Shown: one piece after another, positions 63,976-64,000 of the stretch
Numbering within the stretch: the stretch's first letter is position 1
How the letters are laid out: each line of letters starts with the position of its first letter
Assembly: GCA_024679065.1 (NCBI GenBank)
Contig: JAGIQG010000001.1
Span: 101,432,001 to 101,496,000, forward strand
Reading direction: 5' to 3'
Length of the DNA stretch: 64,000 bases
Origin: Sphyrna mokarran
Taxonomy: Eukaryota
Translations under genes and position numbers: made by a program
Notes under the pieces: generated by a model
The model's database searches: none
Told to the model about the DNA's origin: nothing
The model's input: the letters and a program-made list of their open reading frames with translations, nothing else

Positions 63976-64000
63976 TATAAGAAATATGAACAGCCGTAGG

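Noticed and set aside
1-64000. The many 60-140 aa ORFs in the six-frame track as independent genes
   Set aside because: They are short, many start at non-ATG codons, and they lack coherent domains. The recognisable ones are fragments or antisense frames of LINEs, SINEs, Harbinger or LDB2 exons.
1-64000. CRISPR arrays, operons, rRNA or other prokaryotic-type systems
   Set aside because: No regularly spaced repeat-spacer array or gene-dense region was seen. The sequence is a vertebrate intron-exon locus.

Overview
Eukaryotic, AT-rich and CpG-depleted DNA with a shark-type (chondrichthyan) repeat complement. The window holds the 3' part of a LIM-domain-binding protein 2 gene (LDB2/CLIM1) on the + strand. 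Five coding exons (2534-2656, 9704-9787, 34098-34221, 40619-40767, 62038-62268) splice in frame through GT-AG introns of about 7.0, 24.3, 6.4 and 21.3 kb. They encode the end of the dimerisation domain, the LCCD, the NLS and the LIM-interaction domain (LID), followed by a 3' UTR. The introns are filled with decayed CR1 and L2/CR1-clade LINEs, tRNA-derived SINEs, Penelope-like elements and a decayed two-gene Harbinger transposon. Almost all ORFs in the supplied track are spurious or TE fragments. The most notable observations are: (1) an inverted repeat with ~330-bp arms at ~96% identity, 1 kb upstream of an exon; (2) Penelope-derived minimal hammerhead ribozyme motifs in the sense orientation of the pre-mRNA, one inside a fold-back just upstream of the LID exon; (3) signals for an LID-less isoform made by intron read-through plus intronic polyadenylation; (4) a ~100-bp segment copied in inverted orientation 40 kb away next to a SINE; (5) tandem RFX X-boxes; (6) a 32-bp perfect palindrome. 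I found no convincing new protein-coding system. TE family names and boundaries come from recall of consensus sequences and are approximate.
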